Assembly (NCBI GenBank): GCA_963832165.1 | Contig: CAWHTE010000007.1 | Location: 128,001-192,000 of the forward strand | Length of the DNA stretch: 64,000 nt | From: an uncultured delta proteobacterium | GTDB lineage: Bacteria; Myxococcota_A; UBA9160; SMWR01 | Reading direction: 5' to 3' | Shown: in pieces, positions 1 through 9,392 of the stretch | How positions within the stretch are numbered: position 1 is the first letter of the stretch | Layout of the letters: each line of letters starts with the position of its first letter | The notes under the pieces: model-generated | Databases searched by the model: none | Seen by the model: the letters and a program-made list of their open reading frames with translations, nothing else | What the model was told of the DNA's origin: nothing | Translations under genes and position numbers: made by a program

Positions 1-312
1 CAGGTTGCGCGATCTGAAGAACGTGAGCGGGTTGAACCGCATCTTCGTAACGATGCCCCACATGAAGCGGAGCGTTTCGCGCGTGAGCGGCGGGAGCTTC
101 TCGCGGCCGCCGCCCATGATCATCGTGAACATCGCGCGCGACGAGAAGATCTCGGGCGTCTTCAAGACGTGCATCACATCGTCGAAGCGCGTCACCGACC
201 AGATCCGCCGCGCCTCGCTGTAATGCACGGGAGCTTCGTCGCGCAGGCGCCGATAGATCGGGTACGGGTCGTCGTGACTCGCGAGCGGGTCGAAGTCGAG
301 CGGCCGCGTCAT
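1..312 (-). CDS. Cytochrome P450, N-terminal part (runs off window)
   Basis: Not in the ORF track. Manual translation from ATG at 312: MTRPLDFDPLASHDDPYPIYRRLRDEAPVHYSEARRIWSVTRFDDVMHVLKTPEIFSSRAMFTM...; closely similar to the P450 at 6380-7660. Confidence 0.9.
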   Translation of the reverse strand, partial: MTRPLDFDPLASHDDPYPIYRRLRDEAPVHYSEARRIWSVTRFDDVMHVLKTPEIFSSRAMFTMIMGGGREKLPPLTRETLRFMWGIVTKMRFNPLTFFRSRNL

Positions 313-360
313 GAGGACCTCCCGGGCACGCGACCGGAGATTAGCTGCTGAGTGGAAGGA

Positions 361-2086
361 TCACTTCGCTCCGCATTTCGAGGCCCCGGCCTGCGAGACC
401 GCGGCATCCTTCTGCGCCCCGGTCATGAGACCGGCCAGGACGAAGTCTTCGGCGGTGTGAGCAACGCATGAGACGTAGCCCCCGTGGTTCTTCCACTTGT
501 CACCGCTCTGCGAGTGCTGGCAGGGACAGAGCTGAGAGATGGAGCAACCGCTGGCGTCGACGGTGGCACCCGACGGCGTCCCCAGACAAGCGTCCACCCC
601 ATCCGCGACGCCATCCGCGTCGGCGTCGTCGACGACGGGATCGCACGCGTCCCCGAGGCCGTCGTGGTCGACGTCGGCTTGCGAGGGATTCGGATCGTAG
701 ATGCAGTTGTCATCCTCGTTGAGGGCCCCGTCTCCGTCGAGATCGGGATCGCACACGTCGCCGACACCGTCTTCGTCGAGATCCGCCTGGTCCGAGTTGG
801 AGATCAACGGGCAGTCGTCATCCGACTCGCAGATGCCGTCGTTGTCCGCGTCGTTCTGCGAATCGAGAGCGCAGACGTCGCAGAAGTCGGGCGTGCCGTC
901 GCCATCGGTGTCGAGCGCGTCGCTGCCGCCGGGACAGACATCCGAATCGCCGCAGACTCCGTCGCCGTCGGCGTCATTGTGCGGATCCGTGGCGCACGGG
1001 TCACACGCGTTGGGAACACCGTCGCCATCGGTATCGAGCGCGTCGTCGCCCAGAGCGCAGACGTCGCAGGCGTCCGGAACCGCGTCGCCGTCGCCGTCGA
1101 CGGAGTCGTCCCCGGCCGCGCAGATGTCGCAGCCATCCGGCACGCCGTCGCCATCGGCATCCAGGCCGTCGTCGGAGCTCGCGCACGCATCGCAGAAGTC
1201 GGGGACTCCATCGTCGTCCGCGTCGAGATTGTCGTTGCCACCCGGGCAGATCGGCGGCTTGAAGGCGATGTCGGTGGGCTTCGCGCCGACGTTCTCGGAC
1301 AGGAAACGAACCTGTCCGTCGAGGCCGACCGTCACCACCGCGAGCGCGCCGGCGGCGCCGGTCGCGAAGAGCGCACCGTCGACAGCGCCGGGTACCCAGA
1401 CCGTCCAGCGGAGCCTCGTTTCCGCCCACGGGGCTCCCCTCGAAGATCTGCCCGGACGCGAAGCGCAGCGGCTGCTGGCTCACCACGCTGGCGTTGCTCG
1501 GGTCGAGCACGGCCAGCGTCGGGGACGCGCCCGACTCGACCAGGTACAGCAGCGAACCGGACACGTTATTCGGGTCCGGGCCGAAAGCCAGGCCACCGTT
1601 CGCGATGCCGGGATTGCCCACGAGCGTCGCGACAGCGGTGGTCGTGTTGATCGTGTACACGCAGAAGATGCACGGAGCGTTGTTGGCGGAGGTCGCGTAG
1701 AGGGTGTCCGTACCGGGCTGGAACGCCAGGTCGGAGATCCCGACCGTCTGGCCGGTCGCGGTGACGATCTTGCCGACCGTGTGCAGGAGCGTTCCCGCGT
1801 TCGGGTCGATCTCCACGAGGAAGGAGGGCTGGGTGTTTCCGTCGCGCGTGGACGCGAACAGCCGGCCAGTGGAGTCGAAGTCGAGACCGGAGATTCCGCC
1901 CGGCGTGACCGGGTCGCCTAGCACGGCGGCGACACCGGTCGCATCGTCGATGCGCAGCAGCGAGCCAGGGGCGCCTGCGGCGGTCACCGGAGACACGCCG
2001 GCGTACATTTCGGCGGCGGCGATCGGTAGGCCATGGAGGCCCAGGCCCCAGGCGAGAGCACAGACCAGGCCTAGCGTGCGAATCAT
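361..2086 (-). CDS. Secreted protein: beta-propeller-like N-terminus, thrombospondin type-3 (Ca-binding) repeats and a Cys-containing C-terminal domain; frameshift near 1381-1390
   Basis: ORF 1001-2086 gives a signal peptide (MIRTLGLVCALAWGLG...AAAE) and xLAFxP repeats. ORF 361-1338 gives many DxDGDGVPDxCDxC repeats. The two join as LDGLGTRR/DGALFATG with one indel. Confidence 0.75.
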
Positions 2087-2170
2087 GACACCCCCCTTGC
2101 TGAGCGCGCGGCGATCCTAGAGGGCCATACCAACTCGGTCAAGCGAAGCGTTAGGTTTAGCGCGGTGTTA

Positions 2171-2202
2171 GCCAGATAGTTAGCTAGATCGAACTAACTG
2201 GC
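2171..2202. promoter_or_regulatory. Inverted repeat in divergent promoter region (putative operator)
   Basis: gccagatagtt-N10-aactaactggc, 10/11 complementary, in a lower-GC spacer between divergent genes. Confidence 0.4.
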
Positions 2203-2299
2203 GTCGCCCCCTGTCCCTAACAGGCGCCGTTCTCCCCTCATGCCGGCCGCGAGACCGACCGATCTGCCCTGGGCCGGATCTCGAACTGGGGGGTACGAG

Positions 2300-2698
2300 A
2301 TGGCGCGGTGGCAACCGCTCCTGTTCGCAGTCGCGTTGGTCGGAGCCGCGTGCGGAGAGCAGGCCATGCAGCCTCCCGCGGAACTCCTCCACGTCTGGCA
2401 CTCCCGCGCCGACTCGCTGCGCGATCGCTCGCTCGAGATCCGCAATGAGTGGCTGGTCTTCGGGATCGGCCGCCATGTGAGCGAGACGTATCGACTCAAC
2501 GGCATCAAGTCCACGCCGCGGCAGCACGGCACCCACTACGTGCTCCACTACGAAGACCGGTCGGGGAATGAACGCCAGCTCGGGATCCTCTACCACGACG
2601 GGACCCCGCCCACCCTGCAGCTCGACTACCACGATGAGACCTGGGTGCGATGGCAAGACGCCACCTGGCTCTCGGAACGCGCGGAGGATCCGACTTGA
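2300..2698 (+). CDS. Hypothetical lipoprotein
   Basis: MARWQPLLFAVALVGAAC lipobox; its stop overlaps the next start (TTGA). Confidence 0.65.
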   Translation: MARWQPLLFAVALVGAACGEQAMQPPAELLHVWHSRADSLRDRSLEIRNEWLVFGIGRHVSETYRLNGIKSTPRQHGTHYVLHYEDRSGNERQLGILYHDGTPPTLQLDYHDETWVRWQDATWLSERAEDPT

Positions 2699-3255
2699 CC
2701 ACCGATGCCCGGCGCCGAAGTACGCTGCGCCTTCACCTCGTGATCACGAGCGTCACCGCCACGGCGGGCTTCGCCGCCGTGATTGCCGTCTCGCTCTTCG
2801 TCCCTGTGATGACCCATCTCGGCCGCGATGGGCTGCGTCCGGACGAAATGATCGGCGTGGCGGACCACATCCTCTTCCTCCACGCCGGTTTCTGGCCCGT
2901 CGTCGCGGTCTCGCTCTTCTGCTCGATGGCGAGCGGCGTCTGGCTCTACGAGCGCATGAAGGCGCCTCTAGTGCGCTGGGTCCGCGCCTACAGCGAGATC
3001 GCAGCCGACCGCGTTCCCGATCCGGTCGTGATCCGACGCACCGACTACCTCCACGAAGAGGCGGATGCGCTCAACCGGATGATCGAAGCGCTGCGCGGCC
3101 GCCGGGCGGCGCTCGATGCGTGCGCGGGCGCCTTGCGCGAGGCGCTCGGGGTACTCGAGAGCGAGCTGCCTGCGGAGCATCGGCCCGCGCTGGACGCCGT
3201 GATCAAGCACGCCGCCGACCTGCGGATCCAGCTCGGCGAACCGAAGCGCGGCTAG
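2695..3255 (+). CDS. Small membrane protein, 2 TM + HAMP-like domain + coiled coil
   Basis: TTG start with GGAGG RBS; two hydrophobic segments; HAMP-like APLVRWVRAYSEIAADRVPDPVVIRRTDYLHEEADALNRM. Confidence 0.7.
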   Translation: MTTDARRRSTLRLHLVITSVTATAGFAAVIAVSLFVPVMTHLGRDGLRPDEMIGVADHILFLHAGFWPVVAVSLFCSMASGVWLYERMKAPLVRWVRAYSEIAADRVPDPVVIRRTDYLHEEADALNRMIEALRGRRAALDACAGALREALGVLESELPAEHRPALDAVIKHAADLRIQLGEPKRG

Positions 3256-3270
3256 GTGCGTTTTCGCAGC

Positions 3271-3780
3271 ATGGCGAAGGGAACCGACGCAGCACGGAGC
3301 GGCACTCGCCGCCTCGCCCGACGCCGCACCTCCGGTTTCACACTGATCGAGCTCGTCATCGCCGTCGGGATCGTCGGACTGCTGTCTGCGATCGCCGGGA
3401 CCAACTACTTCCAGTACATCGAGAAGGCTCGAGCGACGCGCGCCATCGCGGACATCAAGAACATCTCCATCTCGATCGATGCCTCCAAGATCGACGACGA
3501 CGGCATCCCGCCCGCCTCGCTCTCGGATGTCCAGGACGTTCCGCCCATCGATCCCTGGGGCCGCGCCTACCAGTATCTGAAGATTGCGGGAACGGCGCCC
3601 AAGAAGGGCGCCACCCCCGTCCGCAAGGACCGCTTTCTCGTGCCGCTCAACACGGATTACGACCTCTACAGCTTCGGCCCTGACGGTCGCAGCAAGCCGC
3701 CGCTATCCGCGCCCGAGAGCACCGACGACATCGTGCGCGCAAACAACGGCGGCTACATCGGCCTCGCCGAATACTACTGA
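3271..3780 (+). CDS. Prepilin-type N-terminal cleavage/methylation protein, GspG-like pseudopilin
   Basis: Basic leader then G|FTLIELVIAVGIVGLLSAIA; GspG-like DPWGRAYQY and YDLYSFGPDG...DDI motifs. Confidence 0.9.
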   Translation: MAKGTDAARSGTRRLARRRTSGFTLIELVIAVGIVGLLSAIAGTNYFQYIEKARATRAIADIKNISISIDASKIDDDGIPPASLSDVQDVPPIDPWGRAYQYLKIAGTAPKKGATPVRKDRFLVPLNTDYDLYSFGPDGRSKPPLSAPESTDDIVRANNGGYIGLAEYY

Positions 3781-3786
3781 TCCCCC

Positions 3787-6357
3787 ATGAGGCCGGAGCG
3801 GTTCCATTGGGTTTCGAGCGGCCTCCAGAGCCGCGTCGCACGCCGCGTCGTCTCGCTATTCGTCGCTTGCGCGCTGCTCCCCGTGGCCGCGTTCGCCGTC
3901 TTCGCCTATCAGAGCGTGCTGAGCGAGCTCGAGCAGGATGCCTTTGCGCGCCTCCACCGGGAGAGCAAGAACGCGGGGATGTCGATCCTCGAGCGGTTGA
4001 TGCTGCTCGACAACGGCATGCTGATGGTGCTCACAGACCTCCGCGCGCCGTCGCCCGAGCGGATTGCAGCCGCCGACACCACGCTGCGCGAAATCACGCA
4101 CGACGGCGCTCGCCACCTGCGGCTGGTCGAACGCGCGCAGGAGGCGCGCCTCACTCCCGCGCAGCGAGAGCAGCTCCGCGCCGGCGGCAGCGTGCTGCTC
4201 GCCGAACCCCGCGGCGACGGCCCCGCTCGGCTCACGCTGATGCGCAGCCCGCGTTTCGGCGCACGGAGTCCGATCCTCGCGGCGGATCTCACCGCGACCT
4301 ACGTCTTCGCCGCGGATGGCCGCGACCTCTCGGACCACTACTGGGTGGAGGACGGGAGCGGCGCTCGGCTCTTTGCCACCGAGCGCGCCGCACATTCGCG
4401 GGCCACTTCGCTGCCCGCCGATCCGCGCGAGCACCGCCGCTACTGGACCGCGGACGATGAGCGTCTGCTGGGCGCCTCCTGGCCGCTCTTTCTCGCCTCG
4501 CGCTTCGGCGGCGGCGAGTGGGTGGTGGCCCACGCGCGGCCCACCGCCGAAATCTACCGGCCGGCAGACAACTTCAAGGCCACGTTCCCGCTGGTGGTCG
4601 GCGTATCGCTGCTGGCCGTCACGTTGCTCAGCCTCGCGCAGATCCGTCGCCGCCTGGTGCCGATCGAGAAGCTCGTCGAGGGCACGCGGCGCATCGCGGC
4701 GGGGCGCTTCGCACCCGTCGAGATCGAAACCCAGGATGAGTTTCAGGAGCTCGCGGGCGCCTTCAACCAGATGAGCCGCGAGATCCAGCAACGCCTCGAC
4801 ATGCTGGCCACGGTCAACGCGATCGGCGTTTCCCTGTCCGGCGAGGTGGACATCGATCGCCTGTTGAACATCGTCCTGCGCGGCTCGATCTCGGTCACCA
4901 AGGCCCACGGAGGCTCCCTGTTCCTGCGAAGCGAAGACGGTCGGTTCGACCACACCGTGCTGATGGTCGACGGCAAGTCCCGCGGCTCCGACTTCGATGC
5001 CGCGCTAGGCGTAGCGTGCGTCGAGCGCTGCGCAGCAGAAGGCACGCTGCGACAGCGGCGCGGCGCGGCGGGTGCCGAGGCGCTGGATCCCCGCGAGTGG
5101 CAGGGCTTGCAGGATCGCTACGGCTTCTCGATCGGGTCGCTGCTCGGAGTGCCGATGCGGAACGAGCGCGGTCGCATCAGCGGAGTCCTTCTGCTCTATC
5201 GCGCCCTCGACGCGGACGGGCGCGCGCACGGCTTCGACGAGGAAGCCTGTGAGCTGGCGTCTTCCCTCGCATCGCAGGCGGCCGTGGCGCTGGCCAAGAC
5301 GCGCCTGGTGGAGAGCTTCCGCGCCCTCTTCGAGGGGCTGATCCAGCTGACCGTCCGCGCGATCGACGAAAAATCGGCGCACACCGGAAACCATTGCCGC
5401 AAGGTGCCGATCCTCACGGAGATGATCGCCGATGCGGCCTGCGCCGAGACTTCCGGGCCGCTGAAGGATTTCGAACTGACGCCGGAGGAGCGCTACGAGC
5501 TGCGCATCGCCGCGCTGCTCCACGACTGCGGCAAAGTCGTCACGCCGGTCCACGTCATGGACAAGGCCACCAAGCTCGAGACGATCTTCGACCGGATCGA
5601 GCTCGTCGAGCTCCGCTACGAGATCCTGCGCCGCGACGAGCGGATCCGCGCGCTCTGCGGCGTACTCGCCGGCATCGGCATCGACGCCGAGCGGGCGCTC
5701 ACGCCAGAGCTCGCGGGCAAGCTCGCCGCGCTCGATCAGGAGCTGTCCCTGCTGCGGCGCTGCAACCAGGGCGGGGAGTTCATGCCCGAATCCCTGAGCC
5801 GCACCGTTCGCGAGCTTGGCTCGACGCGCCGCTGGACGGACGCGCGCGGAGTGGAGCGCGAGCTGCTCTCCAACGAGGAGGTCGAGAATCTGACCATCTC
5901 GAAGGGAACACTGAACCCGGCAGAGCGGGAGATCATCCGGTACCACGCGGTGGCGACGATCAAGCTCCTCGAAGAGCTGCCGTTCCCGGAGCAGATGCGC
6001 AACGTTCCCGCGATTGCGGGCTCCCATCACGAGCGCATGGACGGGCAGGGCTATCCGAATCGACTCCGGAGAGACCAGATCTCGATGCAGGGAAGGATCC
6101 TCGGACTGGCCGACGTCTTCGAGGCGCTGTCTGCGAAGGACCGCCCCTACAAGCCGGGCAAGAGCCTGAGCGAGTGCCTGCGGATCCTCGGGGCGATGTG
6201 CGAAGAGGGCCACATCGACCCGCACCTCTACGCACTCTTCGTGGAGAAGCGCCTCTACCTGCGCTATGCGGTCGACTACCTGGAGCCCGAGCAGATCGAC
6301 GAGGCCCATCACGAGGAGCTCGAGCGGCTGACCTGGGACCTGGCGCCTCGCGCCTAG
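3787..6357 (+). CDS. Membrane-bound HD-GYP phosphodiesterase (TM-periplasmic-TM-HAMP-GAF-HD-GYP)
   Basis: LLHDCGK, HHERMDGQGYP, ADVFEAL...RPYK motifs; HAMP (PIEKLVEGTRRIAAG...DEFQELAGAFNQM); GAF (SLLGVPM...LASQAAVAL). Confidence 0.92.
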   Translation: MRPERFHWVSSGLQSRVARRVVSLFVACALLPVAAFAVFAYQSVLSELEQDAFARLHRESKNAGMSILERLMLLDNGMLMVLTDLRAPSPERIAAADTTLREITHDGARHLRLVERAQEARLTPAQREQLRAGGSVLLAEPRGDGPARLTLMRSPRFGARSPILAADLTATYVFAADGRDLSDHYWVEDGSGARLFATERAAHSRATSLPADPREHRRYWTADDERLLGASWPLFLASRFGGGEWVVAHARPTAEIYRPADNFKATFPLVVGVSLLAVTLLSLAQIRRRLVPIEKLVEGTRRIAAGRFAPVEIETQDEFQELAGAFNQMSREIQQRLDMLATVNAIGVSLSGEVDIDRLLNIVLRGSISVTKAHGGSLFLRSEDGRFDHTVLMVDGKSRGSDFDAALGVACVERCAAEGTLRQRRGAAGAEALDPREWQGLQDRYGFSIGSLLGVPMRNERGRISGVLLLYRALDADGRAHGFDEEACELASSLASQAAVALAKTRLVESFRALFEGLIQLTVRAIDEKSAHTGNHCRKVPILTEMIADAACAETSGPLKDFELTPEERYELRIAALLHDCGKVVTPVHVMDKATKLETIFDRIELVELRYEILRRDERIRALCGVLAGIGIDAERALTPELAGKLAALDQELSLLRRCNQGGEFMPESLSRTVRELGSTRRWTDARGVERELLSNEEVENLTISKGTLNPAEREIIRYHAVATIKLLEELPFPEQMRNVPAIAGSHHERMDGQGYPNRLRRDQISMQGRILGLADVFEALSAKDRPYKPGKSLSECLRILGAMCEEGHIDPHLYALFVEKRLYLRYAVDYLEPEQIDEAHHEELERLTWDLAPRA

Positions 6358-6379
6358 CTCGGAATCGAACTCGAGCGGG

Positions 6380-7660
6380 TCATGCCGCGCGCTCCACTGC
6401 GAGCCGCTTGGGGCCGCGCACGAGGAACGAGTCGACGCGCGGAATCGCACCCTCGGCGCGAACGAGCTTCGGCAACTCGGGCACGAGCGCCTCGAATGCC
6501 ACGCGGGCCTCGAGCCGCGCGAGCGATGCGCCGAGGCAGAAGTGCTTGCCGAAGCCGAAGCCCGGGAAGCCCTGCGCGTCGCGGTCGATGTCGAGCCGGT
6601 CGGGGTCCGGGAAGCGCCGCTCGTCGCGGTTGGCCGAGCCCAGGAAGACTGCGACGTACTCGCCCTTCGGGATTCGCACACCGCGGATCTCGGTCTCCTC
6701 GGTGGTCGTGCGGAACACCACCTGGACCGGCGAGTCGTAACGCAGGCCCTCTTCGATGAGATCTGGAACGCGGCCCGGGTCTGCAGCGACCTTCTGCACC
6801 TGGTCGGGGTGCTCGAGCAGCGCGTTGGCGAGATTGCCGATCAAGTTGGTGGTCGTCTCGTTGCCGGCCACGAGCAGCAGCAGGATGAACTGGACCACTT
6901 CGCGGTCGGTCAGCGCCGTCGCGCCGTCCTGCTCGGCGAGGATCGTGCTGATCAGGTCGTCGCGCGGCTCGGCACGGCGCTCGCGCGCGAGCCTTCGCAT
7001 CGTCGCGAGGAACTCGATCATCTGATCCATGTTCTTGCGCTCGAAGCGCAACTGATCGCGGTCGGGACCGGTCGTCATGGTGATGGCGAGGTCGGACCAG
7101 CGCTTGAAGTCGCGGTGCAGCTCGGCGGGTATTCCGAGCAACTCGGCGATGATCGTCACGGGCACGGGGACCGCGAGATTGGCGACCACGTCGAACGGCT
7201 CGCCGCGGCGCAGCGGCGCCATGCACTCTTCGACCACCTCGCGCACGCGCGACTCCAGAGCTGCGATCTGTCTCGGCGTGAAGCCGCGGTTCACGATGGC
7301 GCGCATCGACGAGTGGCGTTCGCCGTCCTCGGCGATCAGATTGCGCGCGGTCCAGAACTCGAGCGGGTTGAGGCGCACCTTCCAGACGATCTGCCAGAGA
7401 AAGCGCAGGATCCCGAACGTGAGCGGCGGGGTCTTCTCCATGCCGCCCGCCATCACCATCGTGAACATCGCGCGCGACGAGAAGATCTCGGGCGTCTTGA
7501 GCACGTGCATCACGTCGTCGAAGCGCGTCACCGACCAGATCCGCCGCGCTTCGTTGTGGTGCACGGGCGCTTCGTCGCGCAGACGACGGTAGATCGGATA
7601 CGGATCGGCGTGAGTCGTTAGGGGATCGAACTCGAACGTCGTGGCGCGAGGCGTGGTCAT
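6380..7660 (-). CDS. Cytochrome P450
   Basis: AGNETT I-helix, EEGLRYDSP (ExxR), FGFGKHFCLG heme motif; start MTTPRATTFEFDP. Confidence 0.95.
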   Translation of the reverse strand: MTTPRATTFEFDPLTTHADPYPIYRRLRDEAPVHHNEARRIWSVTRFDDVMHVLKTPEIFSSRAMFTMVMAGGMEKTPPLTFGILRFLWQIVWKVRLNPLEFWTARNLIAEDGERHSSMRAIVNRGFTPRQIAALESRVREVVEECMAPLRRGEPFDVVANLAVPVPVTIIAELLGIPAELHRDFKRWSDLAITMTTGPDRDQLRFERKNMDQMIEFLATMRRLARERRAEPRDDLISTILAEQDGATALTDREVVQFILLLLVAGNETTTNLIGNLANALLEHPDQVQKVAADPGRVPDLIEEGLRYDSPVQVVFRTTTEETEIRGVRIPKGEYVAVFLGSANRDERRFPDPDRLDIDRDAQGFPGFGFGKHFCLGASLARLEARVAFEALVPELPKLVRAEGAIPRVDSFLVRGPKRLAVERAA

Positions 7661-7719
7661 GGGGATTCCCCGGGCGCGCGGGCGCGATGCTAGCTCAGCG
7701 CGACCTTCCCGCTCGCCGG

Positions 7720-8844
7720 CTACGGCGCGACCGCGTCCGGCGTCGTGAATCCACTCGGGCGGTGGATGCCAACGCAGAGAGTCTCGTGCATGCCGTAGCC
7801 GACCTCGCCCGTGTCGAGCTCGTAGCGGCAGAGCGTCTCGTTCAGGAACGACCAGGGCTTGCGCAGCTCGGGCGTGCCGAGGTCGTGCACGAGACCCTGC
7901 ACGACGTGCTCGCCGCGCCAGGTGCCGTGCCCCCAGTCCGCGTCGGGGCGATAGCCCGACCCCGCTGCGAGATAGACCGTGCGCAGCGGCGTGTTCGTGC
8001 TGCGCAACGGACGGCCGCCGGGCGGGTGCAGCGTCACCACCGACTTCGCGAGCTCGCGCGTGCCCGAGAGATAGGTGGTCTCGATCTCGGGAAAGCCCAT
8101 GTCCTCGTTCGGCTTGTCGATCCCGAACCGCCACACCTTCACCGACTCCTGCTGCATCCGGTTTCCGTCGCAATCTTCGTCGAGCGAGACCTTGATCATG
8201 TAGTCGTCGAACTGCATCGGCAGCCAGTTGTGGAGCAGGCCCATCGTGCGATTCGCCATGTCCTTCCAGCGGATCCCGGGCGCCTCGGGCTCGCCGACCG
8301 GCCGCACGCCCCACGAGTGGTCGCGCGCGCCTTTCCAGGTCGCAGGGCTCACGTCGTAGTGCTGACCGCCCACCTCCAGCTCGCCGCTCCAGGTTCCAAC
8401 CTGCGCATAACGCGAGACGTCCTGCGTGATCCGCGCGCGCGTGCGATTGAACGACTTCGGCTCCTCGAGCGCGGGCACCGTGCCCTCGAACAGCAGATCG
8501 AACGCAACTCCCCATTCGTTCGGCGCGCAGCGCACGCGCAGGGAGCGCAGCCCCTTCACGACCTCGACCGAGAGCGGTCCGACGCTCGTGTCGATCCGGT
8601 CGTTGCCGAGCTCGCGCGAGGCGCGCACGGTGTACTGATGGGTGCCGTGCGAGATGGAGACGAACGCGTCGGTGACGCCGAGATTCGGATACTGGCCGAG
8701 CCCCGCGACGAGAAACAGCTCGCCGCTCGAGGGATGGCAGTTGAAGTAGTAGCGATCGTAGAAGTTGCGGTCGCTCGTGAACACGTAATCGAACGTGTCG
8801 GTGGTCTGGTGGGCGAGATACTCGTCCATCGGGCTGATCGGCAC
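7720..8844 (-). CDS. Conserved hypothetical protein, tocopherol-cyclase/AttH-like beta fold, common in actinobacterial lipid clusters
   Basis: DRNFYDRYYFN and RDHSWGVRPVGE motifs; GTG start with GGGAG RBS. Confidence 0.65.
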   Translation of the reverse strand: MPISPMDEYLAHQTTDTFDYVFTSDRNFYDRYYFNCHPSSGELFLVAGLGQYPNLGVTDAFVSISHGTHQYTVRASRELGNDRIDTSVGPLSVEVVKGLRSLRVRCAPNEWGVAFDLLFEGTVPALEEPKSFNRTRARITQDVSRYAQVGTWSGELEVGGQHYDVSPATWKGARDHSWGVRPVGEPEAPGIRWKDMANRTMGLLHNWLPMQFDDYMIKVSLDEDCDGNRMQQESVKVWRFGIDKPNEDMGFPEIETTYLSGTRELAKSVVTLHPPGGRPLRSTNTPLRTVYLAAGSGYRPDADWGHGTWRGEHVVQGLVHDLGTPELRKPWSFLNETLCRYELDTGEVGYGMHETLCVGIHRPSGFTTPDAVAP

Positions 8845-8948
8845 GGAGGTCTCCCATTCGTCTCGATTGCGCGTGGCGCGCGAGGCGCGCTGCATTATGG
8901 CACGCTGATAGTGCTCTCGACGTTCCCTATCTCCCCTGGAGGTCTCGC

Positions 8949-9392
8949 ATGAGAATGGACTGGCCCGTGGTCGCGCTCCTGTTCGCATTGGGCTGCGGCC
9001 CACTGATCATGGTGCCGGGGGGCGAGCTGTCCGGAACAGTGAAGCCCGCGCCGGGCGACTGGTCGTTCACCCACTCCGTCGAGACGGTGCAGCTCGAGAC
9101 CCGTCCGGAGGATCCGTACTCGGTGAACGTCTGGGGCGTCGCGATGGGTCACGCGTTCTACGTCGCTTCGGGCCGTGGCGAGTCGGCCGCCTGGGCAAAG
9201 CACATCGCGGCGGATCCGCGCGTGCGCCTGCGCGTGGGCGAAGACCTCTACGAACTCAACGCGGTGCGGACCACAGACGAGGTGGAGATGGCCGCCTTCA
9301 TCGACGCGGCGAAGAAGAAGTACGAGGACTTCGAGCCCGACGAGCGCCAGCGCAGCGAGGCGATCCTGTTCCGCCTGGAGCCGCGTCGTTAG
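8949..9392 (+). CDS. Exported split-barrel (DUF2255/nitroreductase-like) protein
   Basis: N-terminal hydrophobic/lipobox segment; YSVNVWGV...WAKHIAADPRVRLRVG...KKY pattern. Confidence 0.55.
   Translation: MRMDWPVVALLFALGCGPLIMVPGGELSGTVKPAPGDWSFTHSVETVQLETRPEDPYSVNVWGVAMGHAFYVASGRGESAAWAKHIAADPRVRLRVGEDLYELNAVRTTDEVEMAAFIDAAKKKYEDFEPDERQRSEAILFRLEPRR

Noticed and set aside
600..1230. Possible CRISPR-like or non-coding DNA repeats
   Set aside because: The repeats are degenerate codons of TSP3 protein repeats, with no constant repeat/unique spacer pattern.
3271..3780. Calling the gene gspG of a type II secretion system
   Set aside because: No other gsp genes in the window, so the symbol was withheld.
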